Assembly: GCA_963745075.1 (NCBI GenBank)
Contig: CAVUWV010000015.1
Location: 1 to 64,000 of the forward strand
Direction: 5' to 3'
Length of the DNA stretch: 64,000 nt
From: Candidatus Hydrogenedentota bacterium
Lineage (GTDB): Bacteria; Hydrogenedentota; Hydrogenedentia; Hydrogenedentales; SLHB01
The notes beneath the pieces are model-generated. The model worked only from the letters and a program-made list of their open reading frames with translations, was not told where the DNA came from and searched no databases. Positions 9,722-19,349 of the stretch are shown here, in pieces. Positions within the stretch are counted from its first letter, which is position 1. Every line of letters starts with the position of its first letter. A program made the position numbers and the translations under genes.

Positions 9722-11071
9722 ATGACCTGGACCTACACCTTGAGCGACCTCGCGGCTGACATCGGTGCCGCCATTCCATCGGGATTCGCCGACAAAACCT
9801 TTTCGTCGGTCTCCACAGACACGCGAACACTCCATGCGGGGGACGTATTCTTTGCGTTGTCAGGCGAGAACTTTGATGGTAACTCCTTTGTGGAGGACGC
9901 GTTCGCAAAAGGCGCGGTTGCAGCGGTCACCACAATGCCGACGAAGACGGGTCCTTGTATCGTGGTCGAGAATCCTTTGACCGCGCTCCAAAGGTTTGCC
10001 GCGTACCACCGGGCACGGTATTCACCGTTGCTACTCGCCATTACCGGGTCCTGCGGAAAGACCACGTCGAAAGACTTTGTGGCGGCAGTTCTTGGGTCCC
10101 GCATGAACGTGATCAAGACCGAGGGGAATCTCAACAACGAAATAGGTTGCCCCTTATCGTTGTTGCGAATCGACGACACGACGGATGCCGCCGTGATCGA
10201 GATGGGCGCCGCCAGCCCGGGGAATATTCGCGAATTGTGTGCGCTCGCCAAACCGACGGAATCGGCAATTACGTTGGTCGCTCCCTCCCATCTCGAAGGG
10301 TTCGGGACCGTCGAACGCATTGCGGCAACCAAAGCCGAGATTGTCGAGAGCCTGCCTCCCGACGGCGTCTTCTATGTAAACATTGATGACCTGTGGTGCG
10401 TGAAAACGGCGGGAACATTTACGGGCAAGCGCGTTCGTTATGGGAGTTCCGGCGACGTGGCGCTGCGTTCCTGTACGTTTAATGACGATGGCGATATGGT
10501 TTTGGAAATCGACCCCGTGGGCACCCTGCATTTACCGCTGGCCTGTCGAGCCCACGCCAGCAACGTCTTACTCGCCGTGGCCGTGGGGTTGCGGCATGGG
10601 GTTACGGACTTCGAAGCCCCACTGCGGGAGGCCGCGTCCAAGCGATTGCGGTTCACGATTCAGACGATCGGTCCCGTTCAGGTCATCGACGACACCTACA
10701 ATGCCAGCCCTGCCAGTATGGCCGCCGCGCTGGAAGGATTGGCCGAGCGCCCCGGTAACGGCGCGCGGATTGCCGCATTGGGCGACATGCTCGAACTCGG
10801 CCCCCAATCCGAGGCGCTTCACCGTGATATTGGTGAATTAGCCGGCCGGTTAGGTATCCGTTCCCTGTTTGCGCGGGGAGACTACGCCTCTGGTATGATC
10901 GAAACCGCGCGGCGCAGCGGCGTATCCCACGCGGAAGTTATCCAGGACCCCCAGTCCATGGCGGAAGCCATCCATGGCGTCTCCCGCCCCGGTGATATTG
11001 TGCTCGTCAAAGGTTCTCGAGGCATGCGTATGGAGCGCGTGATCGAGGCGCTCGCCACGCTCGAAACCTAG
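9722..11071 (+). CDS. murF: UDP-MurNAc-pentapeptide ligase MurF
   Basis: STDTR, ITGSCGKTT, GNLNNEIG, DDTYNASP, LGDMLELG, LVKGSRG. Confidence 0.96.
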   Translation: MTWTYTLSDLAADIGAAIPSGFADKTFSSVSTDTRTLHAGDVFFALSGENFDGNSFVEDAFAKGAVAAVTTMPTKTGPCIVVENPLTALQRFAAYHRARYSPLLLAITGSCGKTTSKDFVAAVLGSRMNVIKTEGNLNNEIGCPLSLLRIDDTTDAAVIEMGAASPGNIRELCALAKPTESAITLVAPSHLEGFGTVERIAATKAEIVESLPPDGVFYVNIDDLWCVKTAGTFTGKRVRYGSSGDVALRSCTFNDDGDMVLEIDPVGTLHLPLACRAHASNVLLAVAVGLRHGVTDFEAPLREAASKRLRFTIQTIGPVQVIDDTYNASPASMAAALEGLAERPGNGARIAALGDMLELGPQSEALHRDIGELAGRLGIRSLFARGDYASGMIETARRSGVSHAEVIQDPQSMAEAIHGVSRPGDIVLVKGSRGMRMERVIEALATLET

Positions 11072-11080
11072 AGGAAACAC

Positions 11081-12565
11081 ATGCTGTATTACCTGGGACT
11101 ACTGCTGCGGTCCGACATAACCTTGTTCAACGTGTTCACGTACCACACGGTGCGCGCGGGTGGCGCAGCCATCACCGCGTTCGCCGTTTCCCTGATAATC
11201 GGTCCCACGGTTATTCGGTTGTTGCGATCCCTGAAGATCGGCCAATACATCCGTAAAGAACACGTGGCCGATCTCCATGCATTGCACAAGAGCAAAGCCG
11301 GCACGCCCACCATGGGCGGTTCGCTCATTATCCTGTCCGCACTCCTCTCGCTCGCCCTTTGGGGGCGGTTTACGAACCGGCTTCTGCTGCTTGCCATCGG
11401 CGCGATGGCCTTGCTGGGCGCCGTGGGATTTCTCGACGATTACATCAAGCTCCGCAAGAAAGACAACCAGGGATTGAGCGCCAAAGCCAAGTTCGCGGGT
11501 CAGATTCTCGTAGGGGTCTTCATGGGTCTATACCTCGTGTACAGTCCCATCGCCGTTAGCGCAACCTATCTTGCTTCCTATGACGTCAAAGATTGGGGAA
11601 AATTCGCCGCGGCACTCAAGCAAGCGGACACGGTCGTGCCGAAAACCCCGGTGGATCGCCTGGTAAGTTTCATGCCCGAACAGGTGCGGGAGTCCGTTCT
11701 CGAATCGGATCTCGACCGGCCTTGGGATTCGGAGGCGCGCGAAGACGTCCTCGACGGTCTGGAGGCCTCCCTCAGACGGTACGACTTCTACAACCCCGAA
11801 ACCTGGAAAGGTATCGCGCTGACCAACGAGGCGCAGGAACTTCTCGCTTACGGTTCGCAACGACTGTCCGATCGGGAAGTCCTTCGTCTCAACCGGTTGC
11901 TCGTCGAAGCGGCTCTTCCGGATCTTATCGTGCAATCGCCGCCCGACATTCACACCAAGGTGGAAATCCCCGGACTGAAGATGGTTCTGCTGCCCCTCGG
12001 CGGCATGTATGTGCTGCTCGTACTGTTCATCATCGTCGGATCATCGAATGCGGTGAACCTTACCGATGGATTGGATGGGCTTGCCATCGGGGCATCCGTC
12101 ATCTCGCTGCTCGCGTACACGGGTATCGCGTACGTTGTCAGCCGTGCGGACTGGTCGCAGTATCTCTTTCTCATTCACGTTCCGGAGGCCAGCGAACTGA
12201 CCGTGTTCGGTGGCGCCATGCTCGGCGCCGGTCTGGGATTCCTGTGGTTCAATTCCCATCCCGCAGAAGTTTTCATGGGGGATACCGGCTCGCTGGCCTT
12301 GGGCGGCGCGCTGGGCACCATGGCGATCCTCACCAAACAGGAACTGTTGCTCGCCCTCGTCGGCGGATTGTTCGTCATCGAGGCCATGAGCGTCATCATC
12401 CAGGTGGCGTCGTTCAAACTGCGCGGCAAGCGCGTCTTCAAGATGGCGCCCTTGCACCATCATTTCGAATTGCTCGGTTGGTCCGAGAGCAAAGTCACCG
12501 TTCGCTTCTGGATAATCGCCATACTCTTTGCGTTGATGAGTCTTGCAACCCTGAAACTGCGCTAA
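11081..12565 (+). CDS. mraY: Phospho-MurNAc-pentapeptide transferase MraY with ~130-aa insertion
   Basis: KAGTPTMGG, GFLDDYIK, NAVNLTDGLDGL, FMGDTGS, MAPLHHHFE; 494 aa. Confidence 0.96.
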   Translation: MLYYLGLLLRSDITLFNVFTYHTVRAGGAAITAFAVSLIIGPTVIRLLRSLKIGQYIRKEHVADLHALHKSKAGTPTMGGSLIILSALLSLALWGRFTNRLLLLAIGAMALLGAVGFLDDYIKLRKKDNQGLSAKAKFAGQILVGVFMGLYLVYSPIAVSATYLASYDVKDWGKFAAALKQADTVVPKTPVDRLVSFMPEQVRESVLESDLDRPWDSEAREDVLDGLEASLRRYDFYNPETWKGIALTNEAQELLAYGSQRLSDREVLRLNRLLVEAALPDLIVQSPPDIHTKVEIPGLKMVLLPLGGMYVLLVLFIIVGSSNAVNLTDGLDGLAIGASVISLLAYTGIAYVVSRADWSQYLFLIHVPEASELTVFGGAMLGAGLGFLWFNSHPAEVFMGDTGSLALGGALGTMAILTKQELLLALVGGLFVIEAMSVIIQVASFKLRGKRVFKMAPLHHHFELLGWSESKVTVRFWIIAILFALMSLATLKLR

Positions 12566-12567
12566 CG

Positions 12568-13920
12568 ATGGAACTTCGCGGAAAAAAAGTGACCGTCGTC
12601 GGAATGGGCAAAACGGCCCTGTCCGCCGTTCGCCTGTTGTTGCGCGAAGGGGCGGAGCCCTACGTTACCGACGCGGGCTCGCCCGAACGGCTTCAATCGC
12701 AGATGCACCAGTTGGACGCGCTCGGCGTCGCCTACGAGTGTGGCGGCCACAGCACCCGCGCCTTCGAGAACGCGGACTGGATTCTGCCAAGCCCGGGGGT
12801 GTCTCCGCGCCTGCCGGCGATTCAGGAGGCGGTACACCAGGGGACGGCCATTCTTTGCGAACTCGAGTTGGCCTGGAACTTCAACAACGCGCCCGTACTG
12901 GCCGTGACCGGTACCAACGGAAAGACCACGACGACCGAATTGCTGCGTGCTCTGATCGACGCCTGCGGTTATCGCGTCGTCCTGGCAGGGAACAACGAGA
13001 CCCCCTTTTCATCCGTCGTCCTGAGCGGTTCGCGCCCCGACTATGTCGTATTGGAAGTGAGCAGCTACCAGGCCGAGTTGGTGAGGACGTTCCACCCCTG
13101 GATTGGCGCGATCCTGAACGTGACGCCGGACCATCTCGCTCGGCACGAGACGATGGAAGCGTATGCCGCGGCTAAAGCGCACCTCTTTGCCAACCAAGGA
13201 TCGAACGATTTCTGCGTATTGAACGCGGACGATCCGTGTGTGGCTGCCATGGCGGGCGATCTCAATGCGACCGTGCACTGGTTCAGCCTGGACGGGCACG
13301 TCGAGTCAGGCCTGTGGTCGGACGGCAAGCGAATCCTTGAGGGCGACGAGTGTGTCGCCGAGACCTCGGATTCCCTGCTCCGCGGCAGGCATAATCTTGC
13401 GAATGTCTTGGCGGCATTGGCGATGATGCGGGCGGGCGGCTTTGACCGGTCGGGTACGCTCGACGGGTTGCGCAGCTTTCGCGGGGTTGAACACCGAATC
13501 GAGTTCGTCACGGAACGCGAAGGCGTGGCTTACTACAACGATTCAAAGTCTACCAATGTAGAAAGCCTGCGCGTTGCACTCGAAAGTTTCGACGCACCGG
13601 TCATTCTCCTTGCCGGAGGCCAGGGCAAGGGTTCCGACTATCGAGTTCTCCGAGACTTGGTGCAACGGCGTGTGAAACAGCTGATTCTGTTGGGGGAAGA
13701 TGCGCCTCGTATGGAAGACGCGTTCGGTGACCTCGTCCCCGTCACGTTAGCGACCGGTATGGAAGATGCCGTCCAACGTGCTGCGGCGTTTGCGATGCCG
13801 GGAGATGCCGTACTGCTCTCCCCGGCATGTGCCAGTTTTGACATGTATCGCGATTTCGAACATCGTGGCCGCGTGTTCAAAGCGTGCGTCACGCAACTCG
13901 AAGAGGGCCTCTTGCGGTGA
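12568..13920 (+). CDS. murD: UDP-MurNAc-L-Ala:D-Glu ligase MurD
   Basis: SPGV, VTGTNGKTTT, LEVSSYQ, PDHLARH, YNDSKSTN, LLSPACASFD. Confidence 0.96.
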   Translation: MELRGKKVTVVGMGKTALSAVRLLLREGAEPYVTDAGSPERLQSQMHQLDALGVAYECGGHSTRAFENADWILPSPGVSPRLPAIQEAVHQGTAILCELELAWNFNNAPVLAVTGTNGKTTTTELLRALIDACGYRVVLAGNNETPFSSVVLSGSRPDYVVLEVSSYQAELVRTFHPWIGAILNVTPDHLARHETMEAYAAAKAHLFANQGSNDFCVLNADDPCVAAMAGDLNATVHWFSLDGHVESGLWSDGKRILEGDECVAETSDSLLRGRHNLANVLAALAMMRAGGFDRSGTLDGLRSFRGVEHRIEFVTEREGVAYYNDSKSTNVESLRVALESFDAPVILLAGGQGKGSDYRVLRDLVQRRVKQLILLGEDAPRMEDAFGDLVPVTLATGMEDAVQRAAAFAMPGDAVLLSPACASFDMYRDFEHRGRVFKACVTQLEEGLLR

Positions 13921-15050
13921 AACGGGAAACAATCTTCGTATTCAACATCGTGCTCGCATTGTTGTTCATTGGCATCCTGATGGTATACAGCGCAAGTGCC
14001 GTTCGTAACTTCAACACGGATGGCATGCCGGCGGGTAACTCCCTCTCCTTGTTCTGGCGGCAACTGGCGTACGTCGGCGTCGGGATGGCGGGGTTAATCG
14101 TTGCCGCACGCTTTGACTACCATAACTTCCGCAGCCGTCTGGTTTTGTGGCCGCTGGTCGTCCTTGCGCTCACGTTCCTAATTCTGGTTCTCGTCCTGGG
14201 TGACGAACGGCGCGGTGGGCAACGGTGGATCGAGATTCTCGGATTCACCATCCAGCCGTCCGAACTGGCGAAGGCGGTCCTCGTCATCCTCCTCGCCGTG
14301 AAGCTGGCGGAGAATCAAGCATATCTCCAACGCTTTTGGAGAGGGTTCCTGCCGCCCCTTGCGATCGTTGCGCTGTTTGCCGGGCTTGTGCTCATGGAGC
14401 GCGACTTGGGCACTCCGGTCGTCATGGTTTCGGCGGCCATGCTCATGCTGGTCATGGCAGGGGGACAATGGGGCCACATCCTATCGGCGTGCGTTCCCGT
14501 AGTCACGGGAGTGTACGCCCTGATCCAGGGAAGCGGATACCGATCGGAACGAATTGACGCTTGGCTCGATCCTTGGAAGCACCGTTCGGATAAGGGCTTA
14601 CAGCTTATCGAGTCCTTGGCGGGGTTCGCCCGCGGCGGAATTTGGGGACAGGGCCTTGGCGCGAGCGAGCAGAAACTGCGGTATCTTCCCGACGCCCACT
14701 CCGACTTTATCTTTGCCGTCTGGGCCGAGGAAATGGGCCTGTTCGGGAGTGTGGCGCTGGTTGTGTTGTTTGTACTCTTTCTCATTGTGGCGATTCGTAT
14801 CGCCGTTTGCGCGCGCGACCTCTTCGGGTCCTTGCTCGCGGGTGGCATCGTCGCACTGATCACGATGCAGGCTTGTTTTAACATGGCCGTCACGACCGGT
14901 ATGCTACCTACGAAGGGCTTGGCGCTCCCCTTCATCAGCGCGGGGGGCAGCGCGCTGATTGTGAATCTGACGATGGTGGGCATTCTGCTGAACATCGGAA
15001 TTCAGGCCGTGGAACCGGAAGAGGATCTCCAACTCGCCGCGGCGAAGTAG
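13917..15050 (+). CDS. ftsW: SEDS peptidoglycan polymerase FtsW
   Basis: MVYSAS, RWI...IQPSELAK, YLPDAHSDFIFAV, LPTKGLALPFISAGGS. Confidence 0.95.
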   Translation: MKRETIFVFNIVLALLFIGILMVYSASAVRNFNTDGMPAGNSLSLFWRQLAYVGVGMAGLIVAARFDYHNFRSRLVLWPLVVLALTFLILVLVLGDERRGGQRWIEILGFTIQPSELAKAVLVILLAVKLAENQAYLQRFWRGFLPPLAIVALFAGLVLMERDLGTPVVMVSAAMLMLVMAGGQWGHILSACVPVVTGVYALIQGSGYRSERIDAWLDPWKHRSDKGLQLIESLAGFARGGIWGQGLGASEQKLRYLPDAHSDFIFAVWAEEMGLFGSVALVVLFVLFLIVAIRIAVCARDLFGSLLAGGIVALITMQACFNMAVTTGMLPTKGLALPFISAGGSALIVNLTMVGILLNIGIQAVEPEEDLQLAAAK

Positions 15051-15076
15051 GTTGTTCTCACTCAGTTGGTGTTTTC

Positions 15077-16201
15077 ATGCGACTAATGATTACGGGCGGC
15101 GGGACCGGCGGTCACACGTCCCCGGCCCGGGCCATCCTCGAAGAGCTTCAAGAACGCGATCCCCAACTGATCGCGCAGTGGGTGGGGTGCAGGCATTCGA
15201 TGGAAGAGCGCGTCAGCGCCGACATGGGGATACCATTCAGAAGTCTGCCGGTCGAGGGATGGCCGAGGCGGCGAACCCCTCGCCGGCTTTGGGTTGCCGC
15301 CAAACTGATCTGGTCCGTGTTGCGCGCCTGGATGGTGCTCCGCAAGTTTCGTCCCCAGGTCGTTGTGGGAGTCGGCGGGTACGTATCCCTGCCGCTGATG
15401 TGGATAGCGCAACGGATGAAGATCCCGACGGTCATTCACGAACAGAACCGTTTGCTCGGCGTTGCAAATCGTATGCTCGCCCCGCGTGCTTCCCGCGTTC
15501 TCCTCAGCTTTCCGGAGACAAGAGGCGCCTATCCCGAAGACCGATCCCGGATCGTCGGCAATCCCGTTCGCGCGGCATTCATCAATCCTCCCGATCGCTT
15601 GTCCGCCCGCGAGGACTTCGAACTCGATCCGGCGATCCCGGTTGTACTCGTCTGCGGTGGTAGCCAGGGCGCCCGGCGATTGAACGAAGCGATAAAAGGA
15701 CTCCTCTCGGAGGTGCCGCATGAGCGAGTGCAGTTCATCTGGATGACCGGATCGGCCGACGCGACGATGGCCCGGACCGCGGCTGAAAGGGCCCGCGCGA
15801 CCGTTCGGGTCTACCCGTACATTGACGATATGGCAAAAGCCTGCGCGGCCGCCGACCTTATCATCAGCCGGTCGGGAGCCTCGACGACCGCCGAGATAGC
15901 GCTGCTCGGTAAACCGGCTATTCTGGTTCCCTATCCACACGCCACGGACGACCATCAGCGCCACAACGCACAGGCCTTTGTGAATGCCGGCGCCGCGGTT
16001 CTTCTCGATGACGACGCATGTACGGCAGAAAACTTGCGCGCCACCATGCTCGGACTTCTGGACCATCCCACGTCTCTGGAGAGGATGGCGGCCGCCGCGC
16101 GCACCTTGGCCAAGACCCATGCAACGGACGATATCGCGGCGGAGATCCTTGCGCTTGTTTTCGACGAAGGCACACGACGTGGAGCGGAAACGCCCGGTTA
16201 A
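15077..16201 (+). CDS. murG: Lipid II GlcNAc transferase MurG
   Basis: GGGTGGH, GGYVS, HEQN, GNPVR, GGSQGA, SRSGASTTAE, HQRHNA. Confidence 0.96.
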   Translation: MRLMITGGGTGGHTSPARAILEELQERDPQLIAQWVGCRHSMEERVSADMGIPFRSLPVEGWPRRRTPRRLWVAAKLIWSVLRAWMVLRKFRPQVVVGVGGYVSLPLMWIAQRMKIPTVIHEQNRLLGVANRMLAPRASRVLLSFPETRGAYPEDRSRIVGNPVRAAFINPPDRLSAREDFELDPAIPVVLVCGGSQGARRLNEAIKGLLSEVPHERVQFIWMTGSADATMARTAAERARATVRVYPYIDDMAKACAAADLIISRSGASTTAEIALLGKPAILVPYPHATDDHQRHNAQAFVNAGAAVLLDDDACTAENLRATMLGLLDHPTSLERMAAAARTLAKTHATDDIAAEILALVFDEGTRRGAETPG

Positions 16202-16225
16202 CTTCGTTGCAATCCCTACGGGCGA

Positions 16226-16254
16226 TTGACTATCCCTTAGCCGACTGATACATT
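16226..16254 (+). promoter_or_regulatory. Sigma70-like promoter for the first HD-GYP gene
   Basis: TTGACT, 17-nt spacer, TACATT with TGn extension. Confidence 0.55.
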
Positions 16255-16287
16255 GCTGTTGGCAGTCTGGAGCATTAGCGAGGTAGG

Positions 16288-17289
16288 ATGAGTACCGAAA
16301 AACTGGCGAATCGGACCTTTGCGTGGGGTAACGTAGAGGACGGCTTTCGGAAAATCCCCATTGCGAGCCTGCGCTTGCATTCGGTTCCGCCTTTTGACAT
16401 TCACATTGGCACCAGTGCCGGACGCAGTCCGGTCCTCTACCGCGAGCGCAACCTCCCGGTCACCAACGACGTGTTTACCTCGCTCGAAGAGAACAAGCAC
16501 GAGTTCGTGTTTGTGTCGACGGACCAGGAAAAGGACTACCTCCACTACACGGAGGAACACCTCGACGAGGTGCTGACGGACGAGTCGGTCCCGGTCAATG
16601 AAAAGTCGCAAGTCATCTACAGTTGCGCGCAGGGTCTCGTCTCCCAAGTCCTGGAAGAACCTCGATCCAAGGGATTGATTGGGCGCAGCCAGGATCTGGT
16701 ACGTTCCACCACTAACTTTCTCGTCAACGAGCAGGCGGCTTTTTCTCATCTGCTGCAGCTCGTATCGTACGATTACTACACGTACACGCACAGCGTGAAC
16801 GTCTACGTCTTCAGCGTCACCTTGGCGCAACGGGTTGGCTTCACGGATCCGATGCTCCTTCAGGAATTCGGCGAAGGCGTTTTGCTGCACGATATCGGCA
16901 AGAGCATGATCGATGCCTCCATCACCAACTGCAAAGGCAAATTGAGCGACGAACAATGGAAATCGATGCGGATGCATCCCGTCTACGGCTACGACATCAT
17001 GCGCGAACACGGGACACTTACCGACGAGGCCCTCGACGTTGTCCGGCACCACCACGAAAAGATTCGCGGAGGTGGCTATCCGGATAATCTCAGGGGCAAG
17101 CAGATCAATCCCCTCGTTCGGATTTCAACGATTGCCGACATTTTTGACGCCCTGACTACACGCCGTTCGTACAAGAACGCCATGGGCACCTTCGAGGCCC
17201 TCAAAATCATGCGCGATGAAATCAACGGCGACCTCGACGAAGACTATTTCCGGGCTTTCGTCGGGATGATGGGGAATCCGGGCGGTTGA
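16288..17289 (+). CDS. HD-GYP domain phosphodiesterase, paralog 1
   Basis: YTYTHSVNV, LLHDIGK, HPVYG, HHHEKIRGGGYP, IADIFDALTTRRSY. Confidence 0.9.
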   Translation: MSTEKLANRTFAWGNVEDGFRKIPIASLRLHSVPPFDIHIGTSAGRSPVLYRERNLPVTNDVFTSLEENKHEFVFVSTDQEKDYLHYTEEHLDEVLTDESVPVNEKSQVIYSCAQGLVSQVLEEPRSKGLIGRSQDLVRSTTNFLVNEQAAFSHLLQLVSYDYYTYTHSVNVYVFSVTLAQRVGFTDPMLLQEFGEGVLLHDIGKSMIDASITNCKGKLSDEQWKSMRMHPVYGYDIMREHGTLTDEALDVVRHHHEKIRGGGYPDNLRGKQINPLVRISTIADIFDALTTRRSYKNAMGTFEALKIMRDEINGDLDEDYFRAFVGMMGNPGG

Positions 17290-17340
17290 CGAGACGCTCC
17301 CTTTGCCGGTCTGCGTATCTTTTGTCGAAGAATTACTAAT

Positions 17341-17381
17341 GTCAATAATCTATTGACGTCTGCCATCTGAGGGTGTATCCT
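17341..17381 (+). promoter_or_regulatory. Promoter with a palindromic operator for the second HD-GYP gene
   Basis: Perfect 7-3-7 inverted repeat GTCAATA-atc-TATTGAC overlapping TTGACG; 17-nt spacer; TATCCT. Confidence 0.6.
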
Positions 17382-17434
17382 GAGGGTCGGGTGGAGGTTT
17401 AGGTCGCAACCCAGAGGGAGGCGGTCGGTTCCTC

Positions 17435-18403
17435 ATGTCCGTCAGCCTGAAACGGGATTTTCGCGCCATACCGCTTTCCACGATCCGCATGGATTCGGTT
17501 GCCGACTTTGACATCCATATCCAGACGCAGCCGGGACAGACTCCGGTGCTGTTTCGCGAGCGTCGGTTACCCGTTACCCCTTCCGTCATCGCCAATCTCG
17601 TCGAGCAGCACCACCGCCACGTGTACATTCCCGTGGAACAGGCAAAAGCGTATCGGCGCTACATCACCGACCACATCGAAGCCATTCTCCGGGACCCGGA
17701 TCTTCCCACGAGCGAAAAGTGCGAAGTCCTCTATGATTCCGCTCAGGGACTCGTCGCGGAGGCGTTCGAAAAGCCCCACTCCAAGGAATTGATGGTTCGC
17801 AGCAAGGAACTTGTGGCCAGTTCCATCGATTTCATGTCGCGTGAGCGTGCCGCGTTTCAGTACCTCATTCAACTTGTATCCTACGACTACCACACGTACA
17901 CGCATTGTGTGAACGTAAGCATCTTCAGTGTGGCCCTGGCGCAGCGGCTTGGCGAATTCAACCGGGGCGCGCTACGGGACCTGGGGGAAGGAACCCTCCT
18001 GCACGACTTGGGCAAGAGCTTGATCGACCCTTCCATTACCCAGAACCGGGGCGAGTTGTCGAAAGATGAATGGCGGGTGATGAAGAAACACCCCGAATTC
18101 GGCTACGACATTCTGGCGAAGCACGGCTTACTCAGCCCCGCAGCGCTCGATATCGTGCGTCACCACCACGAGAAACTGGACGGAAGCGGGTATCCCGACG
18201 GACTGCGCAATGGCGAGATCATGCCCCTGGTTCGGATTTGCACGATTGCGGACATCTTCGATGCCCTCACCACGCGACGCTGTTATCGGGGCGCCATTGG
18301 CACGTTCGAGGCGCTCAGTCTGATGAAGACGGAAATGACGGGCCAACTCGATCCCCGGTATTTTCGGATCTTTGTGGAATTGATGGGAAATCCGGCGCCG
18401 TAA
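17435..18403 (+). CDS. HD-GYP domain phosphodiesterase, paralog 2
   Basis: HTYTHCVNV, LLHDLGK, HHHEKLDGSGYPDGL, IADIFDALTTRRCY; collinear with paralog 1. Confidence 0.9.
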   Translation: MSVSLKRDFRAIPLSTIRMDSVADFDIHIQTQPGQTPVLFRERRLPVTPSVIANLVEQHHRHVYIPVEQAKAYRRYITDHIEAILRDPDLPTSEKCEVLYDSAQGLVAEAFEKPHSKELMVRSKELVASSIDFMSRERAAFQYLIQLVSYDYHTYTHCVNVSIFSVALAQRLGEFNRGALRDLGEGTLLHDLGKSLIDPSITQNRGELSKDEWRVMKKHPEFGYDILAKHGLLSPAALDIVRHHHEKLDGSGYPDGLRNGEIMPLVRICTIADIFDALTTRRCYRGAIGTFEALSLMKTEMTGQLDPRYFRIFVELMGNPAP

Positions 18404-18429
18404 ATGCGCCTGGTTAATCGTTGTGCCGA

Positions 18430-19104
18430 CTACCGATGCGCCGGTTCCGGCGGCATCTCCTTGAGAATCGTTACCCCGGTGCTGGTTCCAATGCGCGTCG
18501 CGCCGGCCGTGATCATCGCCATCGCATCACCGTACGACCGAATGCCGCCGGCCGCCTTAATCCCCATGGAATCGCCGACCACCTGTCGCATGAGCGCCAC
18601 GTCTTCCGCCGTGGCGCCGGCCCGTCCAAACCCCGTCAACGTCTTAACAAACGCTGCGCCTACCCGTTTGGACATCTCGCAGGCGGCGATTTTCTCCTCG
18701 GTGGTCAGGTAGCTCGTTTCGATAATGACCTTGACCGGCGTGCCCTCGACAGCTTTGACCACGGCAGCGATTTCCCGTTCGACAAAACTGGGAAACCCGG
18801 ACTTCAACGCACCAATGTTGATCACCATATCGATCTCCGTGGCGCCGTTGCGGACACATTCCCGCGATTCCTCCACCTTGATCCGGGCCGTGCTGGCCCC
18901 CAAGGGGAACCCGACCGTCGGGTCGATCCCAACCCCGGTGCCGTTCAATCGTTTCGCGCAAAACGCGGTCCAAACCGGGTTGATGGAGACGCACGCAAAT
19001 CCGCACTTCATGGCGACTTCACATAGCTCGGTAATGTCGTTTTGCGTTGCGTTCGCCCGGACCTGCGTGTGATCGATCATTCGTGCAAGTTGTGCTCGAG
19101 TCAA
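18430..19104 (-). CDS. deoC: Deoxyribose-phosphate aldolase
   Basis: IDHT, VGFPLG, GATEIDMVINIG, VKVIIET, FVKTLTGF, KAAGGIR, RIGTS. Confidence 0.93.
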   Translation of the reverse strand: MTRAQLARMIDHTQVRANATQNDITELCEVAMKCGFACVSINPVWTAFCAKRLNGTGVGIDPTVGFPLGASTARIKVEESRECVRNGATEIDMVINIGALKSGFPSFVEREIAAVVKAVEGTPVKVIIETSYLTTEEKIAACEMSKRVGAAFVKTLTGFGRAGATAEDVALMRQVVGDSMGIKAAGGIRSYGDAMAMITAGATRIGTSTGVTILKEMPPEPAHR

Positions 19105-19349
19105 CGGTCTATTCTCCTGGCTGCGCTACGGGAAACAATCGGGTAGGGCCACAAGGTGCCAAAGGGTGTCCAACCTCGGATGAATACCCACCATCCGGGC
19201 ATAGTTTCGCGCATTCACACAGTTATTTCCACTTTCTGGCCCGCCCGCCCGTGGCGCGCAGAATCGCCGGCCCGCCCACGCCGCCGGTTGTTGCCGCATC
19301 GTTCGGATGGTAGACTGGCCAAAACAATCGCGGAATGGAGAGGTGAGCC

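Noticed and set aside
11555..11950. Intein in MraY
   Set aside because: No C-terminal His-Asn followed by Cys/Ser/Thr and no recognisable splicing blocks
16202..17434. c-di-GMP riboswitch upstream of the HD-GYP genes
   Set aside because: The leaders are short and I could not find the class I or class II consensus
18630..18650. deoC KTLTG instead of KTSTG as inactivation
   Set aside because: One substitution with the Schiff-base Lys retained; it could also be a base-call error
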